Below the pieces are notes generated by a model, which had not been told where the DNA came from, made no database searches, and was given only the letters and a program-made list of their open reading frames with translations. A stretch of DNA of 64,000 bases from Patescibacteria group bacterium. Lineage in GTDB: Bacteria; Patescibacteriota; Patescibacteriia; UBA11705; DATKZF01. This document shows, one piece after another, positions 19,684 through 28,523 of the stretch (position 1 is the stretch's first letter; every line of letters begins with the position of its first letter). A program made the translations under genes and the position numbers. The DNA lies in the NCBI GenBank assembly GCA_049319825.1, contig JBMORT010000002.1, positions 204,072-268,071 on the forward strand, read 5' to 3'.

Positions 19684-20620
19684 ATAATTTTCGCAAAAAA
19701 TTATTCAATTCTTCTTTTAAATCAATCTCATACTCCATCTCATTGCCCTGCAAATCCGTGAATTTCAAATAATATGATTCTAAAAACATGCGGCCGATGT
19801 CTGCCGGCTTGTATTGCTTGGATTTATATAATGGATCGCCGACCACCGGATGGCTGAGCGCGAACAGGTGTACTCTGATCTGGTGCGTGCGGCCGGTTTT
19901 CGGGCTGACATCGAGCAGCGAGTATTTGTTGTATTCTTTAATCACCTCGTATTGGGTTAGCGCTTCCCGGCCGAGGTCAGAGTTAAACGGATGGGCGGCC
20001 ATGGCGCCTTTATTCGAGCTGCGGCCGATGCGAAAAGCGATTGAGTCTTCTTTGGTGTCCAGTTTGCCGTAGATGAGCGCGTAATATTTTTTGGCAATGA
20101 GCCGGTCCTGAAATTGTTTTTTGAAATAATGAAATGCTGCCTGCGTTTTCGGAATAATCATCAGTCCCGATGTTTCTTTATCGAGGCGATGGACTATCGC
20201 CGGCCTGCTCGGATCGTCGCCGATATTTTTTAATTTAGGAAATTTTTTCATCAGCCAGTCGACCAATGTTTTCTCTTGACTCGATTCGGTGGGATGAACC
20301 AAAAGGTCAGCCGGTTTATTGATGATCAAATAATCGTCTTTATCGTCAATGATTTCAATTTTTTTAAAAAGCTCTTTGCTCATGTCTTTTTGAAAAACCT
20401 TTTTAACCTTGCTGATTGCTTTTTTTACTTTTTCTTCTTTGAATTCGACATTATCTCCGGTTTTTAAAAATTGATGCACAGCTGGCTTTTTGCCATTAAC
20501 CAAAACCAGGCCGGATTGAATTTTTTTCTGAATCTGACTGCGCGTGACTTCAGGCAGCGTTTCATTTAAAAATTTATCCAGCCGCCATTTATTGAATTGT
20601 TCTGATACTTTGTATTTCAT
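19682..20620 (-). CDS. RluA/RluD-family pseudouridine synthase with S4 domain
   Basis: RLDKFL, INKPA, VHRLDKETSG, TGRTHQIRVH. Confidence 0.95.
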   Translation of the reverse strand: MKYKVSEQFNKWRLDKFLNETLPEVTRSQIQKKIQSGLVLVNGKKPAVHQFLKTGDNVEFKEEKVKKAISKVKKVFQKDMSKELFKKIEIIDDKDDYLIINKPADLLVHPTESSQEKTLVDWLMKKFPKLKNIGDDPSRPAIVHRLDKETSGLMIIPKTQAAFHYFKKQFQDRLIAKKYYALIYGKLDTKEDSIAFRIGRSSNKGAMAAHPFNSDLGREALTQYEVIKEYNKYSLLDVSPKTGRTHQIRVHLFALSHPVVGDPLYKSKQYKPADIGRMFLESYYLKFTDLQGNEMEYEIDLKEELNNFLRKL

Positions 20621-20687
20621 GGGTGTATTCTAGCATTTGGGGCTATTTTTTTCAATAAAAAACGATTTTGCGTGGAAAATCGTTCGA

Positions 20688-21677
20688 TTAACACAGTTCG
20701 GTTTTTATCTGGTCCATGGAAAGCAGGTGTTTTCTCGCTCGAGTTAAAGTTTGTTCGATGCGGCATGGAGAAAAGTCCGCTTCGGTGAGAATTTTGGTCA
20801 AATCATCTTCTTCAATGATTGTTCTTGCCAGCATAAAGCGGGCGATTCTGCCGATTTCCGGAATTTTGGTGCCGCTTTTAATAAAGGCATGAAGTATTCT
20901 TTCACCTGGCCAATTTTTTTGTGAAAAAAGCGCGGTAAGAATTTTATCCAGCGACCAATCGCAGTCGCTGAGCGCCTTTAGCAGTCTGGCGTCCTCCCAG
21001 CGTAGCCATTCTGACATTTCCTGCACGATATTATAAGTGCTCCAGCTGTTTGCTTCGAGCGCGGCGATTATTTCAACGTCGTTCCAACCGGACTCCGTCA
21101 AATAGAGCTGCATGCTCTGCTTTGAGGACTTGGTGTCGCAAAAGGCTTTAACTATCCTGGATTTCGTCCAAGCTTGTTTCTCCAGAGTCATGACGATCAG
21201 GTGTCCTTTGAATATCTTTAACAGTAAGGCGACGATTTCATCGTCATCCCACTTCAAAGCGATCAGCGCGGTGGCGGTGCGTTCCAATATCGCGGTGTTT
21301 TTTTGGATGCCCAGCTCAAACAGCTGTCTCGAGTTTTCAGATAATAAACCGTGATTGAGAAAGAACAATGCTCTGGAAAAAATACTTACCCCGTATTTTT
21401 TTTCGGGAAAATAATCTCTGAGCGCTTCGATGATTAAATCATCCGGCAGGCCGGCGGCGATCAAATTCGCCACGGTGGCAATGTGAAGCAGCCGGATTTT
21501 TCTCCGCATTGACTCTTTTTCTATTTCCGAATTGGGCCATTGCGGTTGCTTGTTTCGGTCGGAGCCGAATATTTTATTAAGCAGCGCGACATTAATTCGA
21601 GCGCGGCTTTCCGGGTGTCCGATCAGTAAATCGCGGTATCTTTGCAGCAGCATTGGCAGGTCGCTGTTTGGTGTCAT
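20688..21677 (-). CDS. hypothetical protein with helical W-x4-I/L repeats
   Basis: 329-aa ORF; GGAGGGGG SD; terminator at about 20659-20686. Confidence 0.7.
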   Translation of the reverse strand: MTPNSDLPMLLQRYRDLLIGHPESRARINVALLNKIFGSDRNKQPQWPNSEIEKESMRRKIRLLHIATVANLIAAGLPDDLIIEALRDYFPEKKYGVSIFSRALFFLNHGLLSENSRQLFELGIQKNTAILERTATALIALKWDDDEIVALLLKIFKGHLIVMTLEKQAWTKSRIVKAFCDTKSSKQSMQLYLTESGWNDVEIIAALEANSWSTYNIVQEMSEWLRWEDARLLKALSDCDWSLDKILTALFSQKNWPGERILHAFIKSGTKIPEIGRIARFMLARTIIEEDDLTKILTEADFSPCRIEQTLTRARKHLLSMDQIKTELC

Positions 21678-21732
21678 GCTTCCCCCTCCAAGCGGAAAGA
21701 ACTTATTTATGATAACAATTTTTTGAAAAAAA

Positions 21733-21767
21733 TAAAAGCGGCGATTTGCTTGGCCAATCGCCGCTTA
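21733..21767 (-). terminator. terminator hairpin, copy 1 of an exact 35-bp direct repeat
   Basis: TAAAAGCGGCGATTTGCTTGGCCAATCGCCGCTTA. Confidence 0.8.
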
Positions 21768-22364
21768 TGCAATTATTCTTTTTCTATTATAATGGATGGC
21801 CATGACGGCTACAGAGCCATTACCCAAAATGCCATTGACAAGCGGATATAGCAGTTGCGCGATGTCGCCTGACCAGTTTGAAATGATAACCGCCAAAGTC
21901 AGGCAGTAAGAGATGACTCCTAAAATCCATGGAGGCGATTTTTCTTTCAGCCTGCCGCTTTTAAGCCCCACCCAAATGGGAACAAAGGAAACGAACAAAA
22001 TTATTTGGAGCATCAGATTAGCCAGTCTGGCATTACCAGTGGTTAGCCAAAGGATTCCGACTGCGGCAGCCAGCGCCAGGCAGAAATAATCAAGCTTGCT
22101 GAATTCGACAAATTTACGTTTGATGTAAGAATACACAAAGACAATGATGGTCATGGCCGCGCAAAATATTGCCAATAAGCATTTTTCCCAACTGATGACC
22201 ATGATTGCAAAGGTGACTGCGTTCATGCTCATTACTACCAGCAAAATAATCCATGTTGCCGGATTGGGAATGGATTCCCCTTTCGAGATTTGCTTTAGAT
22301 AAATAAAATAAACCGGAATAATCAGGAGGCTTGACACCAGCCCGAGCATTTCCGATGCGGTCAT
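21765..22364 (-). CDS. multi-pass membrane protein (PQ-loop-like)
   Basis: About 7 hydrophobic segments; PNPATW motif with an internal repeat; AGGGAG SD before ATG 22364. Confidence 0.75.
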   Translation of the reverse strand: MTASEMLGLVSSLLIIPVYFIYLKQISKGESIPNPATWIILLVVMSMNAVTFAIMVISWEKCLLAIFCAAMTIIVFVYSYIKRKFVEFSKLDYFCLALAAAVGILWLTTGNARLANLMLQIILFVSFVPIWVGLKSGRLKEKSPPWILGVISYCLTLAVIISNWSGDIAQLLYPLVNGILGNGSVAVMAIHYNRKRIIA

Positions 22365-22394
22365 TTTATTCTCCCTTCGTCTGCAGTTCAAAAA

Positions 22395-22423
22395 ATTATA
22401 TTTTAAATAATGGATTTTGTCAA
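22395..22423 (-). promoter_or_regulatory. sigma70 consensus promoter
   Basis: TTGACA-17 bp-TATAAT on the minus strand. Confidence 0.8.
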
Positions 22424-22424
22424 T

Positions 22425-22459
22425 TAAAAGCGGCGATTTGCTTGGCCAATCGCCGCTTA
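22425..22459 (-). terminator. terminator hairpin, copy 2 of the exact 35-bp direct repeat
   Basis: Identical to 21733-21767. Confidence 0.8.
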
Positions 22460-22495
22460 AAAATTATTCCTTTGATTTGTTTTCTGTTTTTCGAA

Positions 22496-22693
22496 TCATT
22501 TTTTCTTTCTTTTTTCTGCCGTAAGCTTTTTCCTTGAAGAAATTCCCGTGCCCGGAATGCCCGTGTTCAGGAAAATCCCTTTTCTTCCGATGCTAATCGA
22601 CAGCCCCGGAATGCCGAAAGAAACTCCAATTCCATTTCCGGAAAGATTCAAACGAAGATTTCGGCCGAGTCTGATCCTTCGCTGGAAGCGCAT
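22496..22693 (-). CDS. DUF4236-like small protein
   Basis: RF.RRI.LG..LRLNLS..G..VS.G...GIPGTGIS pattern; AGGAG SD. Confidence 0.8.
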   Translation of the reverse strand: MRFQRRIRLGRNLRLNLSGNGIGVSFGIPGLSISIGRKGIFLNTGIPGTGISSRKKLTAEKRKKK

Positions 22694-22771
22694 GTCTCTG
22701 CTCCTTTTCTAAAGTTAAAAAGAGGCGGTCTGGAATGTCCAAACCGCCTCGCGTCACTGTGCTTGCAGCGG

Positions 22772-23317
22772 CTACTTCGTCGAGGACGAGCGCTTGCTCT
22801 CGGCGAGCGCCTCGGGCTCCTGCTCCAAGATATTGATCTTGGTGATGGCCTCGAAGGCGGGCTCGAGCTGCTTGAGCAGGGAGGCCGCCACTTCTCGGCC
22901 CGTGCCCTGCATGCAGTATTCGGCCACCTTGGCCACGGTGTTCGAGTTCGGGATGAATCCGTACTGAGTGGAGAGGTAGTGGACCGCGGTGGCGACGACC
23001 AGCGGTTCGAGCATGCGGCCGAGCTCGGTGTCGAAGTAACCGGGGTAGCTCTTGCCGAGCGCGCGTCGGACAATGCCGATGAGCAAATGGCAGGCCTCCT
23101 CGGACCCGGCGATCTTGGCGCCGTGCTTGAGGTTGTCCGTGACGGCCTGGAAAGTCTTGTTCGTCTTGTCGGTCATGGGGGGTCCTCCTTGGGTGGTTGA
23201 GCTGATGGCGGTATCAGCCCGTTTAGTTTCGGTCTGGACTTCGCTGTCAGGGTCTGGATCGCTCGCGGATTCTGGAATGCCCAGAACTTGCGCGATCTTC
23301 TTTTTCACGTTGGACAT
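22772..23317 (-). CDS. hypothetical protein, GC-rich; alternative in-frame start at 23176
   Basis: AGGAGG SD before both ATG 23317 and ATG 23176; GC-rich codon usage. Confidence 0.7.
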   Translation of the reverse strand: MSNVKKKIAQVLGIPESASDPDPDSEVQTETKRADTAISSTTQGGPPMTDKTNKTFQAVTDNLKHGAKIAGSEEACHLLIGIVRRALGKSYPGYFDTELGRMLEPLVVATAVHYLSTQYGFIPNSNTVAKVAEYCMQGTGREVAASLLKQLEPAFEAITKINILEQEPEALAESKRSSSTK

Positions 23318-23421
23318 GCTGACCTCCTTTCGCTTCATGCCCCCAGCTTGATGGGCATAAAAACCGGCGATTTAACTCAGTAGACTCCTTCTCCACATGT
23401 TTTTGTTTGCTCGAGTTATCC

Positions 23422-24102
23422 TTAACCTTTTTGCATTTCCAAGTTTTCTACCAGAAGCATTTCAACAAACCTATCGATTACATCCGCTCTTGATTCAGTA
23501 TCTTCGCCGAGAGCCCTCAGCTCGGAAATCACGTCCGCATCGGTGATTTCTGATTCCTCGAACCAATCAGACTTTTTCCATTTCTCGTCAGCCGCCTGGC
23601 CCATGAAATCCAAATTGTTGCATGTCGGACAGGCGGCAAAAATGGATGGCCCGAGTCTTAGCACGACTCTATGGGAATCAAAATGACAGCAATTGGCCGT
23701 GAAATGCAAAGGATTTTCAATGCCCGATTCGATTTCCATATTAATTTCTTTAAAGACATTTCCCCAATCTGACATTTTTCTGAGTTTGGAATCAAGTTTA
23801 TCCTCGGAGACAGTCCATTTATTCACAAAGTTTTCGTCATCTCTTTGAACGTCTTCCAATTCATAGATCAGACCGCATGCAGGGCAATACGTGTAAAACA
23901 TTTTTGCGAATTCAAGAATCACCCAGTATGATGTCTGGGGATCATTACATTTTTGGCTTCGGCAGCGCCGAAAAGTAAAGAGCTTCACATCCTTGGGCAT
24001 ACTTGCCTTGAATTTTCTTTCGCGGGTTTTATGGAAGAATGCACAACGATCCCTGTCATGATTGTATGATTTGGCATATAGTGTTCCGAATGGCTCTGTC
24101 AT
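23422..24102 (-). CDS. hypothetical protein with two Cys clusters (putative double Zn-binding)
   Basis: C-x4-C...CPAC and CCH...CPTC; GGGGGA SD. Confidence 0.7.
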   Translation of the reverse strand: MTEPFGTLYAKSYNHDRDRCAFFHKTRERKFKASMPKDVKLFTFRRCRSQKCNDPQTSYWVILEFAKMFYTYCPACGLIYELEDVQRDDENFVNKWTVSEDKLDSKLRKMSDWGNVFKEINMEIESGIENPLHFTANCCHFDSHRVVLRLGPSIFAACPTCNNLDFMGQAADEKWKKSDWFEESEITDADVISELRALGEDTESRADVIDRFVEMLLVENLEMQKG

Positions 24103-24285
24103 TTCTCTCTTCCCCCTTGGCGCTAATCAGCGCGTCTCGCGGTTGTCAACGAACAATTAACAAGCCATTATAACAAGAAAAAAATGAATATTCAATAATC
24201 TGTCAATAAAAAATATTATTATTTTAAATTCAATTCACTAAATTTAGATAAAAAAATAAAAATTAAAAAATTCTGTTCGTAAAAA

Positions 24286-24314
24286 TTGACAGATATTTAT
24301 CAATTTGCTATAAT
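24286..24314 (+). promoter_or_regulatory. sigma70 promoter with extended -10; probably leaderless trmB transcript
   Basis: TTGACA-17-(TG)cTATAAT; ATG lies 7 nt downstream at 24321. Confidence 0.75.
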
Positions 24315-24320
24315 AAAAGC

Positions 24321-25133
24321 ATGGAAACCAAAGCGGAACAAATCAAACTAATCAGCGAGCTGAGAAAAGCCGGATTAAAGCAAAAAGAAGCGGAAATTTA
24401 TGCCGCGCTTTTGGAATTGGGCGGCGCTTATCCTTCAAAAATAGCAGAATACACGAAATTAAACCGAAGCACTGTATATAAAATTTTGGAGGAGTTATCT
24501 ATCAAAGGTTTAGTATCAGAGGTTCAAAAGGGGAAAAAGCTATATTATCAGATTGAAAAGCCGGATAAATTGGTTCGCTTCGCAAAAGAGCAAATTAAAT
24601 TAGCGGAAAACAGATTGGAAAACGCGGAAAAAATATTGCCTGATATTGAAGGTTTATTTACTCTAACGCCGAATAAACCCAAAGTCAGTTTTTATGAAGA
24701 ACTTGACGGAGTTTTAAAAGTGTATGCGGATCATGTTGATGTCAAGGAATCATATGAACAGCTGGCATTTTCAAACACAGCCGGGGTCATTGAATTCATG
24801 CCATTAAAATTTAGAGAAGATTATGTAAAGAAAAAAGAGAAAATTTCCATCCCTTCCAGAGGAATTGTTCCTGACACGGAAAAGGATATTGATTATAACA
24901 AAACCGTATATAGAAATGTTAATAAAGGAATATGGCCGAAGTTGCGCTGGATACCGGCTAAAATGTTTCCCTATAAAGGTGAAATTACCATTTATGAAAA
25001 TAATAAAGTCTCTTTGGTTAATTTCAGCGAGCCGACGATGATTGGGGTAATTATTGAAGATAAAGACATCCACGACATGATGGCCATGATTTTCGAGCTA
25101 GCCTGGGCCGGAGCGAAGGAATTTGGAAATTAA
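24321..25133 (+). CDS. TrmB-family transcriptional regulator
   Basis: GL..KEA.IY.ALLELG...IA..T.LNRSTVY.IL..L..KGL wHTH; C-terminal effector domain. Confidence 0.9.
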   Translation: METKAEQIKLISELRKAGLKQKEAEIYAALLELGGAYPSKIAEYTKLNRSTVYKILEELSIKGLVSEVQKGKKLYYQIEKPDKLVRFAKEQIKLAENRLENAEKILPDIEGLFTLTPNKPKVSFYEELDGVLKVYADHVDVKESYEQLAFSNTAGVIEFMPLKFREDYVKKKEKISIPSRGIVPDTEKDIDYNKTVYRNVNKGIWPKLRWIPAKMFPYKGEITIYENNKVSLVNFSEPTMIGVIIEDKDIHDMMAMIFELAWAGAKEFGN

Positions 25134-25190
25134 AAGAAAGTTTGATTTTTACAGTTGGTGATGATATTATTGAATAAATCAATAAAAAAT

Positions 25191-26486
25191 ATGACTCAAA
25201 CATTTATAAAAGATTTTAAAAATTTTAAAGACAAAGAGGTTTCAATCAAGGGCTGGGTTTATAACTTGCGCTCATCGGGCTCGATCATGTTTTTGCAGGT
25301 TCGCGACGGCTCCGGATTCGTGCAGGCGGTTGTTTCCAAAAAAGAAGTTGACGCCAAAGTATGGGAAGAAGCGAAAAAGATTACCACGGAAAGTTCCGTT
25401 GAATTGTCAGGCAAAGTAACCGAACATCCCAAGCAAAAAGGCGTTTTTGAATTGCAGGTTCTCGGCGTGAAAGTGATTCAAGTCGCGGCCGAATATCCGA
25501 TCGGCAAAAAAGAGCACGGCCCGGAGTTTTTATTGGATAATCGTCACCTGTGGCTCCGCTCTCCCAAGCAGTGGGCGGTCTTGCGCGTTCGCAACACGAT
25601 TATCAACGCGACTTACGAATATTTGAATAAAGAAGGATTTATAAAAGTCGACGCGCCGATTTTGACGCCCGTGTCATGCGAAGACACCACCACTTTGTTT
25701 GAAACGGATTATTTTGATTTGGGAAAAGCTTATTTGTCGCAATCGGGACAGCTTTATATTGAGGCCGCGATATTTTCGGTCGGACGCTGCTTTGACTTTG
25801 GTCCGACTTTCAGGGCGGAAAAGTCAAAGACTCGTCGACACTTGACCGAGTTTTGGATGATGGACGCGGAAGCCGCTTTTGTCGAACACGAAGAGAATAT
25901 GAAAATTCAGGAAGGGCTGATTTGCTTTATCATTAAAAAAGTCTTGGAGCAAAATCAATATGAGCTTGGCGTTTTGGAAAGAGATGTCGAGGCATTGAAG
26001 AAAATTAAAGCGCCATTCGGCCGGATGACTCACGCGGAAGCCGTTAAAAAGCTCCAGTCGCTCGGGTCAGACATTAAAAAAGACGATGACCTCGGCGCTG
26101 ATGACGAGACTTTGCTGACCAAAGAAAGCGCGGTGCCGATTTTCGTGGAGAAGTGGCCGGCGAAAATCAAAGCGTTTTACATGAAGATCGATCCGGAAAA
26201 CAATGACGTGGTGCTGGGCTCAGACCTGATCGCGCCCGAAGGCGCCGGAGAAATTATCGGCGGGTCTCAGCGCGAAGATGATTATGATTCATTGCTAAAG
26301 AGAATGAAAGCGCAGAAAATGCCGATCGAATCATTTCAGTGGTATCTTGACTTAAGAAAATACGGCTCAGTGCCGCACAGCGGCTTCGGCTATGGACTCG
26401 AAAGACTTGTTCGCTGGATCTGCGGCCTGCAGCATATCAGGGAAACTATACCTTTTCCGAGGATGATTAATCGGTTGACGCCGTAG
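25191..26486 (+). CDS. asnS: asparagine--tRNA ligase
   Basis: RHLWLRS, YLSQSGQLY, FRAEKSKTRRHLTEFWM, EIIGGSQRE, PHSGFGYGLER. Confidence 0.96.
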   Translation: MTQTFIKDFKNFKDKEVSIKGWVYNLRSSGSIMFLQVRDGSGFVQAVVSKKEVDAKVWEEAKKITTESSVELSGKVTEHPKQKGVFELQVLGVKVIQVAAEYPIGKKEHGPEFLLDNRHLWLRSPKQWAVLRVRNTIINATYEYLNKEGFIKVDAPILTPVSCEDTTTLFETDYFDLGKAYLSQSGQLYIEAAIFSVGRCFDFGPTFRAEKSKTRRHLTEFWMMDAEAAFVEHEENMKIQEGLICFIIKKVLEQNQYELGVLERDVEALKKIKAPFGRMTHAEAVKKLQSLGSDIKKDDDLGADDETLLTKESAVPIFVEKWPAKIKAFYMKIDPENNDVVLGSDLIAPEGAGEIIGGSQREDDYDSLLKRMKAQKMPIESFQWYLDLRKYGSVPHSGFGYGLERLVRWICGLQHIRETIPFPRMINRLTP

Positions 26487-26510
26487 AGCGAAAACATCGA
26501 TGCCAATATA

Positions 26511-26646
26511 CCCTTCGACCATGCTCAGGGCAGGCGAATTCATACTAATGATACGAATATTTAATCCGAATGCTCCGAATATCCTATCCGAATACCACGA
26601 ATATCCCAAAAGTTTGATCCATGATCCATGATCCATGATCCATGAT
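26511..26646. repeat. intergenic short-period repeats: CCCTTCGA..CTCAGGGCAGG element, CGAAT repeats, (TGATCCA)x4
   Basis: Seen directly; related CCCTTCGA..CTCAGGACAGG element at 35511-35534. Confidence 0.8.
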
Positions 26647-26851
26647 TTATATGCCCATAGAAAACAGAGACGACGTCGATCCCGGCATGGAAGTGCTGAT
26701 TGTCCTAAAAAAAGATCAGCCCACCGGAAAATTGACCAAAGGTATTGTCAAAGAAATTTTAACCAATTCCGCTTTTCATCCGCGGGGGATCAAAGTCAGG
26801 CTCGAAGACGGGCAGGTGGGCCGGGCGCAGGAAATATTGGAGAATAAATAA
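26642..26851 (+). CDS. YwbE family protein (DUF2196)
   Basis: IVLKKDQPTGKLTKGIVKEILTNSAFHPRGIKVRLEDGQVGR; start may be 26651. Confidence 0.9.
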   Translation: MIYMPIENRDDVDPGMEVLIVLKKDQPTGKLTKGIVKEILTNSAFHPRGIKVRLEDGQVGRAQEILENK

Positions 26852-26890
26852 TTTTGACAATGAAAAATCATTGAGTGAAAATAAAAGTGT

Positions 26891-27262
26891 ATGGAAAAAG
26901 AAGTGACAACCAATAAAATTTTGGAATTTTTGCAAGAGCATGGCGCGACCAAGGCTGATATTAAGATTTTGAAAGGGGAAATGGATGAAAAATTCGATGA
27001 GGTTAATTCAAGATTCGATGAGGTTAATTCAAGATTCGAGGGGGTTAATTCAAGATTGGATAGGATTGAGTCACAGATGGTCACTAAGGAATATTTAGAT
27101 GATAAGCTCGCTGATTTAAGGGGCGATCTTGTTATTCTGACGAGAAAAGAAGACGCGAAATTAATTGAATTGGTTAAAATATTGGGAAACAAACAAGTCC
27201 TTGCCGAAGACGAAGTAAAAAAAATTCTGGAAATGGAGCCTTTTCCTAAATTAAGCTTATAA
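26891..27262 (+). CDS. coiled-coil hypothetical protein with heptad repeats
   Basis: (FDEVNSR)x3, then MVTKEYLDDKLADLRGDL. Confidence 0.8.
   Translation: MEKEVTTNKILEFLQEHGATKADIKILKGEMDEKFDEVNSRFDEVNSRFEGVNSRLDRIESQMVTKEYLDDKLADLRGDLVILTRKEDAKLIELVKILGNKQVLAEDEVKKILEMEPFPKLSL
26992..27057 (+). repeat. 21-bp coding tandem repeat x3
   Basis: ATTCGATGAGGTTAATTCAAG x2 plus ATTCGAGGGGGTTAATTCAAG. Confidence 0.9.
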
Positions 27263-27368
27263 ATGTTTTTAATTTAAAAGTAAAAAGTAAAATGGAATTA
27301 TTTTAAAATGTCTCGGCCGGGGCGTTTTTTTGATTGAAAAATATGACCGGATGTGATATTTTGATAAT

Positions 27369-28517
27369 ATGAATAACGCTTTGCCGCAAATATTCAGTAA
27401 AAAATGGTTTCTGGGCATTCGCCGTGAAGAATCCTTATTTTTTTATTCGTCAAAGTTTATTGACCGGGAAAAATTTACCCTGAAAAAGTACGAAAATAAT
27501 TTTGTCGAGTCAATATTAATTCCTCATGAAGATAATGAGCTGATTCGTGCTTTCAATTCCGATCAAGCCAAGCTTTTTCATCAGGAGTCAAAGGAAAAGG
27601 TTCTAAAAGATTTTTCAATAATAGAAAAGTTCATCAGCCATGACGACACGTTATGGGTTGAAATCCAGAAGCTTTCAGAAAAGCTGGCCAAATCGGTTGA
27701 GAAGCTCGACTTCAAAAAAGCGAAAGGAATTTTTCAGCGCATTCTTGAAAAATACGGCGAGCATGGCGCGTATTTTTTCTTTATTTTCTCAGTGGGCATG
27801 ATGCTTGAGGGAAATAAAGAAGAAGTTGCAAACTCAAAGCCGGCTTTGGCCGCGCATGACAAATGGAGAAATGAGGTGGCATTTAAAGAAGAAAAAATGG
27901 GCGAAAACTTGTTTGGGTTTTTTAAATTACTAAAATCTCAAAGCGTTTTGAACACTGCGGAAAAAGAGATGATGGAATTTTTGACTGCCGGTGAAGTCTT
28001 GGCTTTGGCCAGTTGTCAGATAACGAAAGAAGAAATCGAAAATAAAATCGCGCGCCGGAAGCAAAATGGCTATGTCTATTTATATTTGAGGGATTTGCAG
28101 TATCAAGACGTGGTTATTGATGATCTTTCGACAGTTGAAGCTGTTAAAAAATATTTTGAGAGTATGGAAGCGCCGGCAGGCAAAGTGATCGAAGGCCAGG
28201 TCGCTTTCCCCGCGAAAGAGAAAATTATCGGCGAAGCTGTTGTTCTCAAAGATAAAAGCGAATTAGGAAAAGCGGATTTGGCGGGAAAAATTTTGGTCAC
28301 CATCCAAACCACGCCGCATTTTATTCCGTATTTAAAAAATGTTAAGGCGATAATCACCGACGAAGGCGGCATCACCTGCCACGCGGCGATTGTGGCCAGG
28401 GAGTTAAAAATACCGTGCGTCATTGGCACGAAAATTGCTACAAAGATTTTAAAAGATGGCGACAAAGTGGAGGTGGATGCGGAAAAAGGGGTGGTGAAAA
28501 TTATTAAGAATGTTTGA
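27369..28517 (+). CDS. PEP-utilising enzyme mobile (phospho-His swivel) domain protein with unknown N-terminal domain
   Basis: C-terminal ILVT..TTP...[28 protein letters not shown]...DGD.VEVDA. Confidence 0.9.
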   Translation: MNNALPQIFSKKWFLGIRREESLFFYSSKFIDREKFTLKKYENNFVESILIPHEDNELIRAFNSDQAKLFHQESKEKVLKDFSIIEKFISHDDTLWVEIQKLSEKLAKSVEKLDFKKAKGIFQRILEKYGEHGAYFFFIFSVGMMLEGNKEEVANSKPALAAHDKWRNEVAFKEEKMGENLFGFFKLLKSQSVLNTAEKEMMEFLTAGEVLALASCQITKEEIENKIARRKQNGYVYLYLRDLQYQDVVIDDLSTVEAVKKYFESMEAPAGKVIEGQVAFPAKEKIIGEAVVLKDKSELGKADLAGKILVTIQTTPHFIPYLKNVKAIITDEGGITCHAAIVARELKIPCVIGTKIATKILKDGDKVEVDAEKGVVKIIKNV

Positions 28518-28523
28518 AATTAT

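Noticed and set aside
26992-27057. 21-bp repeats as a CRISPR array
   Set aside because: Contiguous, no spacers, and in-frame in a coiled-coil gene
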